DNA from: Acutalibacteraceae bacterium
GTDB taxonomy: Bacteria > Bacillota > Clostridia > Oscillospirales > Acutalibacteraceae
Length of the DNA: 64,000 nt
Direction: 5' to 3'
Assembly: GCA_045616815.1 (NCBI GenBank)
Contig: JAZLHN010000173.1
Location: 10,564 to 74,563, forward strand
The translations under genes were made by a program, and so were the position numbers. The notes below the pieces were generated by a model. It ran no database searches. It was given only the letters and a program-made list of their open reading frames with translations, and had not been told where the DNA came from. This document shows, piece by piece, positions 7,926 through 16,974 of this stretch (the stretch's first letter is position 1; each line of letters starts with the position of its first letter).

Positions 7926-9569
7926 ATGAAAATGCCGGATAAAAAATGTTGGCAGCCGTATTTCACAAAGAAAATACTTGAACGCGGCAGGGATTATTAC
8001 GAGACCGACGCCGTGGATAAGCTTGTATACGATGCGGATAAGAACAGCGTGACCGCCGAGGTGTACGGCTCAAAGGTCTATAAGGTCGAAATCACGTTCG
8101 ACGACGACAGGAGCGGCGTCATTCTCACGAGATGCACCTGCCCTTACGCGAAGGACGGCACCCGCTGCAAGCATATGGCGGCGGTGCTGTTTGCCTTTGA
8201 GGATCATGCGGACTTCCCGGATGAGGAAGGGGAACACAAAAAAATAACGCTTGAGGAAACTGTGGAAAAACTCAGCGAAAAAGAGGCTAAAGCCCTTCTT
8301 CTCGAATACGCAGAAGAAAATCCCGCGCTGCGCGACAGGCTTATACTCAAATGCTGTGACAAAATATCGCCCGCGCAAAAGCGGGTCTGGGAGCGCGAGC
8401 TTCAAAAAATATCCTATGCCGCGACCGGCGGTTACGATTATGTTGATTATTACCACGCGGAGGATTATTTTTACGAATTAAGCGTATTTTTAGAGAAAAG
8501 GCTCCCCGCGCTGATCGAAAACGGTTTGCTTGAGGACGCCTTTGAGCTGCTCTGTATGACATATGAAGAGGCGTATTCCAATGACGTTGACGATTCCGAC
8601 GGAGGATACGCCGACTTTGATTGCTGCTGTTTTGATTGGTGGGAGGAGCTCCACGACGCGGCGGATTTGGGTCTGAAGCGGGAAATGTTCGCGTGGTTCA
8701 ACTCAAAGAAGGACGAAAATCTGTTTTATTTTGTGCTTGAAAATTTCCCGGAACGGGAGTTTTTAGAGCAGAAGCTTGCGTTGCTGGATAAAAAATTAGC
8801 GGGAGAGGCGGACGATTCGTATTATATCGAAAATGTGATAGCGCAAAAAAGCGCGGTCATGTCGCAGATGAAGCTGCCGCCGGAGGAAATAAAAGCGTTC
8901 AGAGACCAATACCGTATGCTTCACGGCATAAGAAAGCAGGAGATCGACGAAGCGCTCGCGGAGGAAAAATACGCCGAAGCGATCGACCTTATCAAAGAAA
9001 GCAAGCGTATAGACGAAAACACCGGCTGGCTTTACAAATGGTCGGAAATGCTGATCGACCTGTATGAAAAGACCGGGAAAAGGGATGAACTCGGCGAAGA
9101 GCTGCTGTTTTATGTCTTTAACTGCCGTCAGGATGATATGGAATATGTTATGCGGTTAAAAAATCTTCTCACACATGACGAATGGACGGCGGTCAGGAGC
9201 GCGCTTTTGCTGTCGGATTCAATGAGCGGTCGGAAATGCGAGCTGCTGTCGGCAGAAAAAATGTACGAGGACTTGCTTGACGAGCTGGTAAAGGAAGGCT
9301 CTGCGAGTTCTTTTATGACCTATGAAAAAGAGCTTAAAAAGCAGCTTCCCGATGAAACGCGCGCCGCTTTTGCCTTTTTGCTTGATAGAATGATGAAAAA
9401 CGCCGCCTCAAGGAACACTTATGCCGAAGCAGCGCAATATCTCCGCCGCCTGAAAACCCATACGGGCGGAAAAGCGCTTGCGGATGATATGGCAAAAAGG
9501 TGGGCAAAGGAATTTCCCCGCCGCAGCGCGATGAAGGAGGAGCTTCGGGACGCGGGCTTTGACGTATAA
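7926..9569 (+). CDS. SWIM zinc-finger domain protein with a long helical C-terminal region
   Basis: CTCPYAKDGTRCKHMAAVLF is a CxCx(n)CxH SWIM signature. SD ggaaggag lies upstream. Confidence 0.75.
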   Translation: MKMPDKKCWQPYFTKKILERGRDYYETDAVDKLVYDADKNSVTAEVYGSKVYKVEITFDDDRSGVILTRCTCPYAKDGTRCKHMAAVLFAFEDHADFPDEEGEHKKITLEETVEKLSEKEAKALLLEYAEENPALRDRLILKCCDKISPAQKRVWERELQKISYAATGGYDYVDYYHAEDYFYELSVFLEKRLPALIENGLLEDAFELLCMTYEEAYSNDVDDSDGGYADFDCCCFDWWEELHDAADLGLKREMFAWFNSKKDENLFYFVLENFPEREFLEQKLALLDKKLAGEADDSYYIENVIAQKSAVMSQMKLPPEEIKAFRDQYRMLHGIRKQEIDEALAEEKYAEAIDLIKESKRIDENTGWLYKWSEMLIDLYEKTGKRDELGEELLFYVFNCRQDDMEYVMRLKNLLTHDEWTAVRSALLLSDSMSGRKCELLSAEKMYEDLLDELVKEGSASSFMTYEKELKKQLPDETRAAFAFLLDRMMKNAASRNTYAEAAQYLRRLKTHTGGKALADDMAKRWAKEFPRRSAMKEELRDAGFDV

Positions 9570-9677
9570 ATCGGAAATATCCGGAAAAGATTATGTTTAT
9601 TATGAGTTCAATCTTCATCCGAACAACCGGTTCTTTTTCCGGGTTCAGCAAATTTGTAAGAACCTTCAATCTCCCGA

Positions 9678-9706
9678 TTGACTATAATTTCGATTTTGGT
9701 TATACT
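9678..9706 (+). promoter_or_regulatory. Sigma-A-type promoter (TTGACT-17 nt-TATACT)
   Basis: Read directly upstream of the DUF1016-type gene. Confidence 0.5.
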
Positions 9707-9732
9707 ATGAAAATGAAAAAAGTTCAAATACT

Positions 9733-10758
9733 ATGGGAGTGAAAAACTTGAGTGACGAATTAACCCCACAAGCAGGGCAGTTTGATGAAATCGTCTCCAT
9801 TATCGATAACGCCCGCGCCCGTGCTCTGAAAGCAGTCAATGCGGAATTGATTCAGATGTATTGGGAAATCGGCGCTTACATCAGCGACCGTGTCAGGGAC
9901 GGAGGCTGGGGTAAAAGTATCGTTGCGGATTTTTCCGCGTTTCTTCAATCCCGGTACCCGACGGTAAAAGGTTTTTCCGCGCAAAACATATGGCGTATGA
10001 AGCAGTTTTATGAAACTTATAACGGAAACGAAAAACTCTCACCACTGGTGAGAGAAATTCCGTGGACGAACAATCTGCTTATCATGGCAGGCTGCAAGAC
10101 CGATGAAGCCCGCGAATTCTATCTGAAAATGTGCATTGCAAACCGTTATTCAAAACGGGAACTGGATCGTCAGATCAGCAGTATGCTTTATGAACGAACC
10201 ATGCTCTCCGACGCGAAGCACAAGGAATTGATTGCCGGAAACTACGGCTTATCTGCTCTGCGGGATTCTTATGTATTCGAGTTTCTTGACCTCAACGAGC
10301 CGTATAAAGAAAAGGATCTTCGTCGACAGATCGTATCGCATTTGAAAGATTTTATCCTGGAATTCGGATACGACTTTACCTTTGTCGGAGAAGAATACCG
10401 TGTGCAGGTCGGCAATACCGATTTCTTCATTGATCTGCTGTTTTACAATCGCGCTTTATCCTGTCTTGTCGCTATTGAATTGAAGATCGACATGTTCCGT
10501 CCGGAGCATTTGGGACAACTCAATTTTTATCTGGAAGCTCTTGACCGGGACGTAAGGAAGCCGAATGAAAATCCGAGCGTAGGTCTGATCCTCTGCACAG
10601 GCAAGGATGACACGGTTGTCGAATACACACTCAGCAGAACGATGTCCCCGACAATGGTTGCGGACTATACTTTGCACCTGCCCGACAAAGAGCTGCTGCA
10701 GAACAAGCTACGTGAACTGACCGAGCTTGCTTTTGAAAACGATGAAAGCGATGAATAA
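9733..10758 (+). CDS. YhcG/DUF1016-family PDDEXK nuclease-fold protein
   Basis: The N-terminal DUF1016 pattern is present (QMYWEIGAYI...GWGKSIV...FSAQNIWRMKQFYETY). The C-terminal PD-(D/E)xK core is FFIDLLFYNRALSCLVAIELK. An alternative TTG start lies at 9748. Confidence 0.75.
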   Translation: MGVKNLSDELTPQAGQFDEIVSIIDNARARALKAVNAELIQMYWEIGAYISDRVRDGGWGKSIVADFSAFLQSRYPTVKGFSAQNIWRMKQFYETYNGNEKLSPLVREIPWTNNLLIMAGCKTDEAREFYLKMCIANRYSKRELDRQISSMLYERTMLSDAKHKELIAGNYGLSALRDSYVFEFLDLNEPYKEKDLRRQIVSHLKDFILEFGYDFTFVGEEYRVQVGNTDFFIDLLFYNRALSCLVAIELKIDMFRPEHLGQLNFYLEALDRDVRKPNENPSVGLILCTGKDDTVVEYTLSRTMSPTMVADYTLHLPDKELLQNKLRELTELAFENDESDE

Positions 10759-10908
10759 TACGGTGATATTTTGAAAAGATTATGTATGTTCGGCTGCCGT
10801 ATGCATTTTGTTATTGGATCCGTTATCAACAACCGTACCAAATTTCCCTTATACGAACACCTATTATTTCAACGGCGGTTTTGCCGTTTTCATGAGCGTA
10901 TAAGGACG

Positions 10909-10948
10909 ATCAGCCGGTGAGGTAATTTACCCCGCCGGCTGATTTTTT
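10909..10948 (+). terminator. Rho-independent terminator
   Basis: Stem atcagccgg...ccggctgat is followed by tttttt. A smaller hairpin lies at 10871-10890. Confidence 0.65.
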
Positions 10949-11013
10949 CGTGAAACATTCCGTCCCTTGCTAATTCGCTGTTCATGCGGTATGCTGAAAA
11001 CGCAGCGGAGGTG

Positions 11014-11487
11014 ATGAATACAATGCAGACCGGTCAGAAATTACAAAAGCTGCGCTTGCAGGCGAATCTAACGCAGGAACAGTTAGCCGAAAAGCTGTAT
11101 GTTTCGCGCGATCTCGTGTCCAAATGGGAAACCGGCGTCCGGCGTCCCGATCACAAAACCGTTTTACGTATCTGTGAGATTTTGTCCGTTTCTCCGGATG
11201 AATTGATGCAGGCGGATGACAACATATTGCATGAGCTTTCGGAATGTATCCCCGAAGACTTAAAAACAAAAGACGCGGACGTGCAATCACTGTTGAATCC
11301 GTTTTTGCGGACACTCCCGGAGCGGGACTGCAATATTTTCATAATGCGGTATTACCGTTCGGACAGCATGGAGCAGATCGCGGACAAAACGGGCTTGCGT
11401 GAGGCAAACGTGCGGCTGATCCTGCACAGAACGAGAAAAAAGCTCAGAAAATATTTATCGGAGGAAACTATCCATGAACAGTCATGA
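11014..11487 (+). CDS. Fusion of an XRE-type HTH domain and a sigma-70 region-4-like domain
   Basis: The N-terminus LQKLRLQANLTQEQLAEKLYVSRDLVSKWETG is XRE-type HTH. The C-terminus LPERDCNIFIMRYYRSDSMEQIADKTGLREANVRLILHRTRKKLRK is region 4. The start is ambiguous (10984, 11014 or 11023). Confidence 0.65.
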   Translation: MNTMQTGQKLQKLRLQANLTQEQLAEKLYVSRDLVSKWETGVRRPDHKTVLRICEILSVSPDELMQADDNILHELSECIPEDLKTKDADVQSLLNPFLRTLPERDCNIFIMRYYRSDSMEQIADKTGLREANVRLILHRTRKKLRKYLSEETIHEQS

Positions 11488-12322
11488 TATATTCAATGCC
11501 ATGGGCTCCATCGACGAAGACCTTGTTGCCCGTGCGGAAAACAGCAAAAAATCCAGGAAAAGCACCGTTTCCAAACGTGTCATTCCCCTTGCATTATGTC
11601 TGGCGATCGCTTTCGCGGCAGTATTCGGTTTCTTTAAGAACGGCTCTCCCGATGTAACGGCACCGACGGCAACACAAGACGTATCGGCTCCCCGTTTCGG
11701 GCTGCTTGTCGCCAGCGCGGCGGAGAAAGACGATGTTACATTCCGGCAGGTAAAAAACGGATACAATGTCACTGTTCCCTATGAATGTCGTTTGATGCTC
11801 GAACACGTTGACGGCATGACCACGGAGCAGAAAAACGCGGTATTCGACAAGCTGAAAGAAATCAACAAAGAGTATATTGAAAGAGAGGACAGAGATATTC
11901 CGTCCTACGGCGCGGAGATACATCTTTCGGATGAAACCGAAAACAGTATCTATGCCGTATATTCACTCGCCTATTTCTCCTTTGCTGTCGAAAACGCAGA
12001 GCTTCTTGACAGGATCGTAATATCCGGTACCGGCAATTACAGCTTTACAAAGCATACTTCCGATTCCTGCACCGCCGGCGCGGATGAGGGACGGGAGCTG
12101 ACGATCTCCGGCGACGAATACAGAAAAAATAACACGGTCGGCATCAGCTGGAATCCCTCTTATGAAACGATCGCGGCGTTTGAAAGCGATGCCCAAATGA
12201 CCGTATCCGACATAACGGACACCCTTATTTTTACCGCGTTTTTTAAGGACGGCAAAACGGAACAGATCCGCGTTGATATTTCCTTTGACGATAACGGGAT
12301 CATGAACGCAGTCGTCGGATAA
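11474..12322 (+). CDS. Single-pass membrane protein (anti-sigma-like partner of the preceding gene)
   Basis: It overlaps the upstream stop. It has a short N-terminus, a TM helix VIPLALCLAIAFAAVFGFF and an extracytoplasmic domain. I recognise no catalytic motif. Confidence 0.5.
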   Translation: MNSHDIFNAMGSIDEDLVARAENSKKSRKSTVSKRVIPLALCLAIAFAAVFGFFKNGSPDVTAPTATQDVSAPRFGLLVASAAEKDDVTFRQVKNGYNVTVPYECRLMLEHVDGMTTEQKNAVFDKLKEINKEYIEREDRDIPSYGAEIHLSDETENSIYAVYSLAYFSFAVENAELLDRIVISGTGNYSFTKHTSDSCTAGADEGRELTISGDEYRKNNTVGISWNPSYETIAAFESDAQMTVSDITDTLIFTAFFKDGKTEQIRVDISFDDNGIMNAVVG

Positions 12323-12441
12323 GCAAAAAACCGGGATAGAGGTTTCTTTGTACAAAATCCTATATTCTATGACCTGAATCACGAAACAGAAGTTTACGCG
12401 CTTTGGGTGTAAACTGCCGTTTTTCGTCTTCGTCTCTCCGC

Positions 12442-12470
12442 TTGACAAAAAAAAGCGGATTTGATAATAT
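12442..12470 (+). promoter_or_regulatory. Sigma-A-type promoter (TTGACA-17 nt-TAATAT with upstream TG) heading the heptose/radical SAM operon
   Basis: Read directly: cTTGACAaaaaaaagcggatTTGaTAATAT. Confidence 0.5.
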
Positions 12471-12520
12471 ATAATTAATTATATTTTAATGGAAGAGTGT
12501 TTTTTGCGGAGGGTGAGATA

Positions 12521-13393
12521 TTGTATTGCATTGCGGGTGCCGACGGCTTTTTCGGCGCGTATATTCAGAATGATCTCATCGGACGCGGGGAAAGCGTACT
12601 TGCCCTCAACCACCGTTCCGCCGTTTTTCCGGAGTCGGAGAACGTGAAAAATCTTCCGTTCGAGCTTACGTCCCGCAAGGATCTCGACGCTCTGCACGCG
12701 TTTCTGAAAGACAAAAAAGATATAAAGCTTATTTATCTCATCGCGGCGCATTCACCGGACTTCGTGAAAGCGCAGCCGGAAAAAGCGCTGTATATCAACA
12801 GCCGCGCGTATGAGGACTTCCTTACGAAGCTTTCGGATTGCGATATAACGCGGCTTTACTATGCTTCGAGCGACACGGTGTACGGAGAGAATAAGGACGA
12901 TACGCCGTTTACCGAAACGTCGCCCCTTTCTCCCGTGAATCTCTACGGAGAGCAAAAGGCACGCGCGGAGGAGATCACGCTTGGCTGCGGCTTTTCCGTC
13001 ACTCGGTTTCCGTACATGTTCGCGCCGTCCCTGACGCATAAAAAGCATTTTTTCGATACGCTCACCGATAAGCTTTCCGGCGGGGAGAGCATATATATGT
13101 TCACGGACTATATCCGTTCGTCGCTCACCTATCCCGCCGCGGCGGAATATCTCTGCCGACTTTCGGACGCGGATACGGACGAAAAAATATTCAATGTCTG
13201 CGCCGACGAACCCACTTCGAAATACGATATCGGACTTTACGCCGCGAAAACGTGCGGAGCGGATGAAAAACTCGTCGTGCCGTGCCTCAGCGGCGACACG
13301 GACGTGTTCACCGAAAAGCGGGCGGGACTTCTCACCATGTCGAACGCAAAACTGAAAGCGGCGCTCGGAATTACGCAGCGCATCGGCTTCTGA
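12521..13393 (+). CDS. NAD-dependent sugar-nucleotide epimerase/dehydratase/reductase (extended SDR)
   Basis: GADGFFGAYI (GxxGxxG), SSDTVYG and YGEQKARAE (YxxxK) are present. A TTG start at 12521 follows SD ggaggg (the ORF track GTG is at 12497). Confidence 0.7.
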   Translation: MYCIAGADGFFGAYIQNDLIGRGESVLALNHRSAVFPESENVKNLPFELTSRKDLDALHAFLKDKKDIKLIYLIAAHSPDFVKAQPEKALYINSRAYEDFLTKLSDCDITRLYYASSDTVYGENKDDTPFTETSPLSPVNLYGEQKARAEEITLGCGFSVTRFPYMFAPSLTHKKHFFDTLTDKLSGGESIYMFTDYIRSSLTYPAAAEYLCRLSDADTDEKIFNVCADEPTSKYDIGLYAAKTCGADEKLVVPCLSGDTDVFTEKRAGLLTMSNAKLKAALGITQRIGF

Positions 13394-13408
13394 AAAAAGG
13401 AAAGAATT

Positions 13409-14386
13409 ATGGTCATTTCAAGAACTCCGTTTCGTATGTCGTTCTTCGGCGGCGGTACCGATTACAGGGAATACTATGAAAAATACGGCGGCAGCGTCAT
13501 TTCCGCTACCTTCGATAAATACTGCTTCGTCACCGTGCGGGATTATCCGCCGTTCTTCAGCTATAAAAATCAGCTCACGTATTCAAAGATCGAGCGTTTC
13601 AACTCGCCGGACGAAGTATCGCATCCTCTCGTCCGCGAAACGATGAAGTATTTAGGCGAAAACGCTCTGCAGATCGGCTACGACTCCGATCTCCCCGCGC
13701 GTACGGGCATCGGTTCGAGCTCGTCGTTCGCGGTGGGACTTCTCAACAGCATCCATACGCTGCGCGGCGGCAGACCGAACGCCTATACGCTTGCGCAGGA
13801 AGCCATTTTTATCGAGCGCGAAAGGTGTGCGGAGCTCGGCGGCGTGCAGGATCAGATCGCGGCGGCGTACGGCGGCTTCAACCGCATTGATTTCAGCGCG
13901 GACGGCTTTACTGTCCGTCCGGTGAACATCCCGTCCGAACGGCTTGAGAACCTGAACGCGAAGCTGATGCTGTTTTTCTCGGGCACGAGCCGTATTTCAA
14001 GCGATATCTCCAAAGAGCAGTCCGCCAATCTCAACAAAAACATCGATACGCTCTGGGACATGCGCGGGCTGACGGACGAGGCGGAAAAGATCCTTCTTTC
14101 CTCCTGCTCTCTCGATCGCTTCGGTGAACTGCTCGACGTTACGTGGCAGCTGAAGCAGAAGCTCGCGTCCAATATATCCACCGACGAGGTAAACGGCATC
14201 TATGCCGCCGCGAAAGAGAGCGGCGCCGTCGGCGGCAAGCTTTTAGGCGCGGGAGGCGGCGGTTTTCTGCTGCTGTACGTCCCGGAAGAGAAACAGGCGA
14301 ACGTAAGAAAGGCCCTTTCAAAATATATGTACGTGCCCTTTTCGTTTGAGCATGAGGGCAGCAAAATCATTTACGCGCAGAAATAA
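13409..14386 (+). CDS. hddA: GHMP-family sugar kinase, D-glycero-D-manno-heptose 7-phosphate kinase-like
   Basis: The N-terminus ISRTPFRMSFFGGGTDY and the GHMP motif PARTGIGSSSSFAVG are present, with a C-terminal GGKLLGAGGGGFLL. An HddC/GmhB gene lies in the same operon. Confidence 0.65.
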   Translation: MVISRTPFRMSFFGGGTDYREYYEKYGGSVISATFDKYCFVTVRDYPPFFSYKNQLTYSKIERFNSPDEVSHPLVRETMKYLGENALQIGYDSDLPARTGIGSSSSFAVGLLNSIHTLRGGRPNAYTLAQEAIFIERERCAELGGVQDQIAAAYGGFNRIDFSADGFTVRPVNIPSERLENLNAKLMLFFSGTSRISSDISKEQSANLNKNIDTLWDMRGLTDEAEKILLSSCSLDRFGELLDVTWQLKQKLASNISTDEVNGIYAAAKESGAVGGKLLGAGGGGFLLLYVPEEKQANVRKALSKYMYVPFSFEHEGSKIIYAQK

Positions 14387-14398
14387 GAGGTAAATAAA

Positions 14399-15334
14399 AT
14401 GTCGGATATACTCATCACCGGCGGCGCCGGCTATATCGGCTCGGTGCTCGTGCCGGAGCTTTTACAGAGAGGTCATAACGTTACGGTGCTCGATTCGTTT
14501 TTGTACCGTCAGGCGTCTCTGATCGACTGCTGTAAATATAAAAATTTCACGATCGTGAACGGCGACGCGCGCGATGAGGAAACGCTGAAAAAAGTACTCG
14601 ACGGCAAAGACTTCATTTTCCCGCTCGCGGCTCTCGTCGGCTTCCCCGTGTGCGATAAGGACAAGACCGCGGCGACCACCACCAACCTCGGAGCCGTGGA
14701 AAGTATTATAAAACTGCGCGAAAAAGGACAGAAGATCGTTTTTCCCTGCACCAACAGCGGCTACGGCCTCGGACAGGGACAGAATTACTGTACCGAGGAG
14801 TCGCCCATCGACCCCATCTCCCTTTACGGAAAAACCAAAATGGCGGCGGAAAAAGCCGTGCTGGACGCGGGTGATTCGCTCACCTTCCGTTTTGCGACGC
14901 TCTTCGGCGCCTCTCCGAGAATGCGTACCGATCTGCTCGTGAACGATTTCGTATACAGAGCGGTGTTCGACCGTACCGCGGTCATTTTCGAAGGTCATTT
15001 CATGCGCAACTATCTCCATGTCCGCGACGCCGCGCGTGCCTTCATGTTCGCGATGGAGAATTTCGATAAAATGCAGGGCCGGCAGTACAACTGCGGATTA
15101 AGTGACGCCAATCTTTCCAAAATAGAGCTCTGCGAAAAGATAAAAGAGCATATCCCGCAGTTCATGTATATCGAGGCGCCCGTGGGCACCGATCCCGACA
15201 AACGGAATTATCTCGTGTCGAACGCGCGGATAGAAAGCATGGGCTACAGGCCCGCCTACAGCCTCGACGATGGCATCGAGGAGCTTATCAAGGTGTATTC
15301 CATTATCAAAAATTCATTTTACGGGAACGTGTGA
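14399..15334 (+). CDS. NAD-dependent sugar-nucleotide epimerase/dehydratase/reductase (extended SDR)
   Basis: TGGAGYIGS and YGKTKMAAE (YxxxK) in a 311-aa protein. Confidence 0.7.
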   Translation: MSDILITGGAGYIGSVLVPELLQRGHNVTVLDSFLYRQASLIDCCKYKNFTIVNGDARDEETLKKVLDGKDFIFPLAALVGFPVCDKDKTAATTTNLGAVESIIKLREKGQKIVFPCTNSGYGLGQGQNYCTEESPIDPISLYGKTKMAAEKAVLDAGDSLTFRFATLFGASPRMRTDLLVNDFVYRAVFDRTAVIFEGHFMRNYLHVRDAARAFMFAMENFDKMQGRQYNCGLSDANLSKIELCEKIKEHIPQFMYIEAPVGTDPDKRNYLVSNARIESMGYRPAYSLDDGIEELIKVYSIIKNSFYGNV

Positions 15335-15337
15335 ACT

Positions 15338-15700
15338 ATGGCGCTCATTGAAAAACTCACCCCCGATTTCACCTTCACGGACGACCGCGGCACGCTCACC
15401 CAGCTCGTGAGCGGCGGCTATAACCAGGTCAACGCGGTATTCACGAAGGCGGGCGCGGTGAGAGGAAGATTCCACTATCATAAAGAGAACAAAGAGACGT
15501 TCTTCATCCTTTCCGGCAGCGTGAGGGTACGCGCGGAGCTTGACGGCGAAACGGAGGAGCATATTTTTTCCTCCGGCGATATGTTTCTCGTGAACGAGTA
15601 CGTGCGGCACGATTTTCGGTATCTTGAGGATACGTATTTGGTCGGGATGTATTCCGGCTGTGTGGAAAAAGCCGACGGAACGAAGGATATCTATGAATGA
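15338..15700 (+). CDS. Small cupin-fold protein, sugar-nucleotide isomerase/epimerase-like (FdtA/WxcM/CapF-C type)
   Basis: VRGRFHYHKENKETFFILSGSVRV...GDMFLV is a cupin metal/substrate motif pattern. The gene sits inside a sugar-nucleotide operon. Confidence 0.45.
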   Translation: MALIEKLTPDFTFTDDRGTLTQLVSGGYNQVNAVFTKAGAVRGRFHYHKENKETFFILSGSVRVRAELDGETEEHIFSSGDMFLVNEYVRHDFRYLEDTYLVGMYSGCVEKADGTKDIYE

Positions 15701-16946
15701 CGTTATAATTCTCGCCGGAGGGCTCGGTACGCGTCTCAGTCATGTGGTAAGCGACACACAGAAGACGATGGCGCCCGTGAACGGCAGACCGTTTTTATAC
15801 TATATAGCGGAGTATCTCATTGCCCGCGGGATTCAGAAGCTCGTTTTCGCCGTGTCCTACCGCTCGGAGCAGATCCGGGAATATTTCGGGAACGAATATA
15901 AGGGCGTAAAGATCCTGTATTCCGAGGAAGCGGAGCCTCTCGGCACCGGCGGCGCGATAAAGCAGGCGCTGGAGCTGTGTACCTCCGAAAACGTTTTTAT
16001 TCTGAACGGCGACACCTTTTTCGACGTTGATTTCCCGGCGCTCGAAAAACGCCACGCGGCGCTTAAAGCCGACATAACGCTGAGCGTAAGGGAAGTGGGC
16101 TGCCGCGACCGTTCGGGTGTGGTCGTCTTCGACGAAGAAGGCAATATCACGGCGTTCAACGAAAAAAAAGCCATCGACCGGGGCTTTATCAACGGCGGCG
16201 TGTACCTTGTGAAAAGGAGCATAACGGAAAAGCTTCCGGACGGAAAATTCTCGTTTGAGACCGACGTCATGGAAAAGCTCGTTTTCCGCATGGCGGCTCT
16301 TCCGTCCGACGGCTATTTCATCGACATCGGCGTACCGTCCGATTTCTTCCGGGCGCAGACCGAGATCCCGCTGAGATCCGGTGTGAAAACGTTCCGGGCG
16401 GCGTTCATCGACCGCGACGGCGTGATCTGTAAAGAAAAACATCACTTATATAAAAAAGAAGATTTCGAGTTCATCGACGGCGCACCCGAGGCGCTGGCCG
16501 CTCTGCGGGAAAAGGGGTATCTCGTGATCGTCGTCACCAATCAGGCGGGCGTCGCCAAGGGACTCTACACCGAGGACGACGTGAACGCCCTGCACGACCA
16601 CATGACGGAGCTTCTGAAGGACAGAGCGGTGATCGACGGTATCTACTACTGCCCGTATCATCCCGAGGGCGTTGTTGAAAAATATAAAAAAGATTCTCCC
16701 GAGCGAAAACCCGCTCCCGGCATGATCGAAAGAGCTGTGAGAGACTTCGCGCTCAAGGGGATAAACATAGATATAAAAAACTCCCTTATGATAGGCGATA
16801 CCGAAAGAGATATCGAAACGGGTATCCATGCCGGCATCGGCACGAAGGTGCTCGTCCGCTCGGGGCACGCGATCCCCGACGAGAACAAAAGCCGTGCCGA
16901 TATCGTGACCGATTCGGTCAGAACTTTTACGGAACTTTATTTGTGA
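15693..16946 (+). CDS. Bifunctional sugar-1-phosphate nucleotidyltransferase (HddC-like) fused to a HAD D,D-heptose 1,7-bisphosphate phosphatase (GmhB-like)
   Basis: The N-terminal half has ILAGGLGTRLS...GTGGAI...NGD. The C-terminal half has FIDRDGVI (DxD HAD motif I), VVTNQAGVAKG, CPYHPEG, RKPAPGM and GDTERD. ATG 15693 overlaps the upstream stop. Confidence 0.75.
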   Translation: MNDVIILAGGLGTRLSHVVSDTQKTMAPVNGRPFLYYIAEYLIARGIQKLVFAVSYRSEQIREYFGNEYKGVKILYSEEAEPLGTGGAIKQALELCTSENVFILNGDTFFDVDFPALEKRHAALKADITLSVREVGCRDRSGVVVFDEEGNITAFNEKKAIDRGFINGGVYLVKRSITEKLPDGKFSFETDVMEKLVFRMAALPSDGYFIDIGVPSDFFRAQTEIPLRSGVKTFRAAFIDRDGVICKEKHHLYKKEDFEFIDGAPEALAALREKGYLVIVVTNQAGVAKGLYTEDDVNALHDHMTELLKDRAVIDGIYYCPYHPEGVVEKYKKDSPERKPAPGMIERAVRDFALKGINIDIKNSLMIGDTERDIETGIHAGIGTKVLVRSGHAIPDENKSRADIVTDSVRTFTELYL

Positions 16947-16974
16947 CATACATCAGGAAAGAAGACATACAGGC

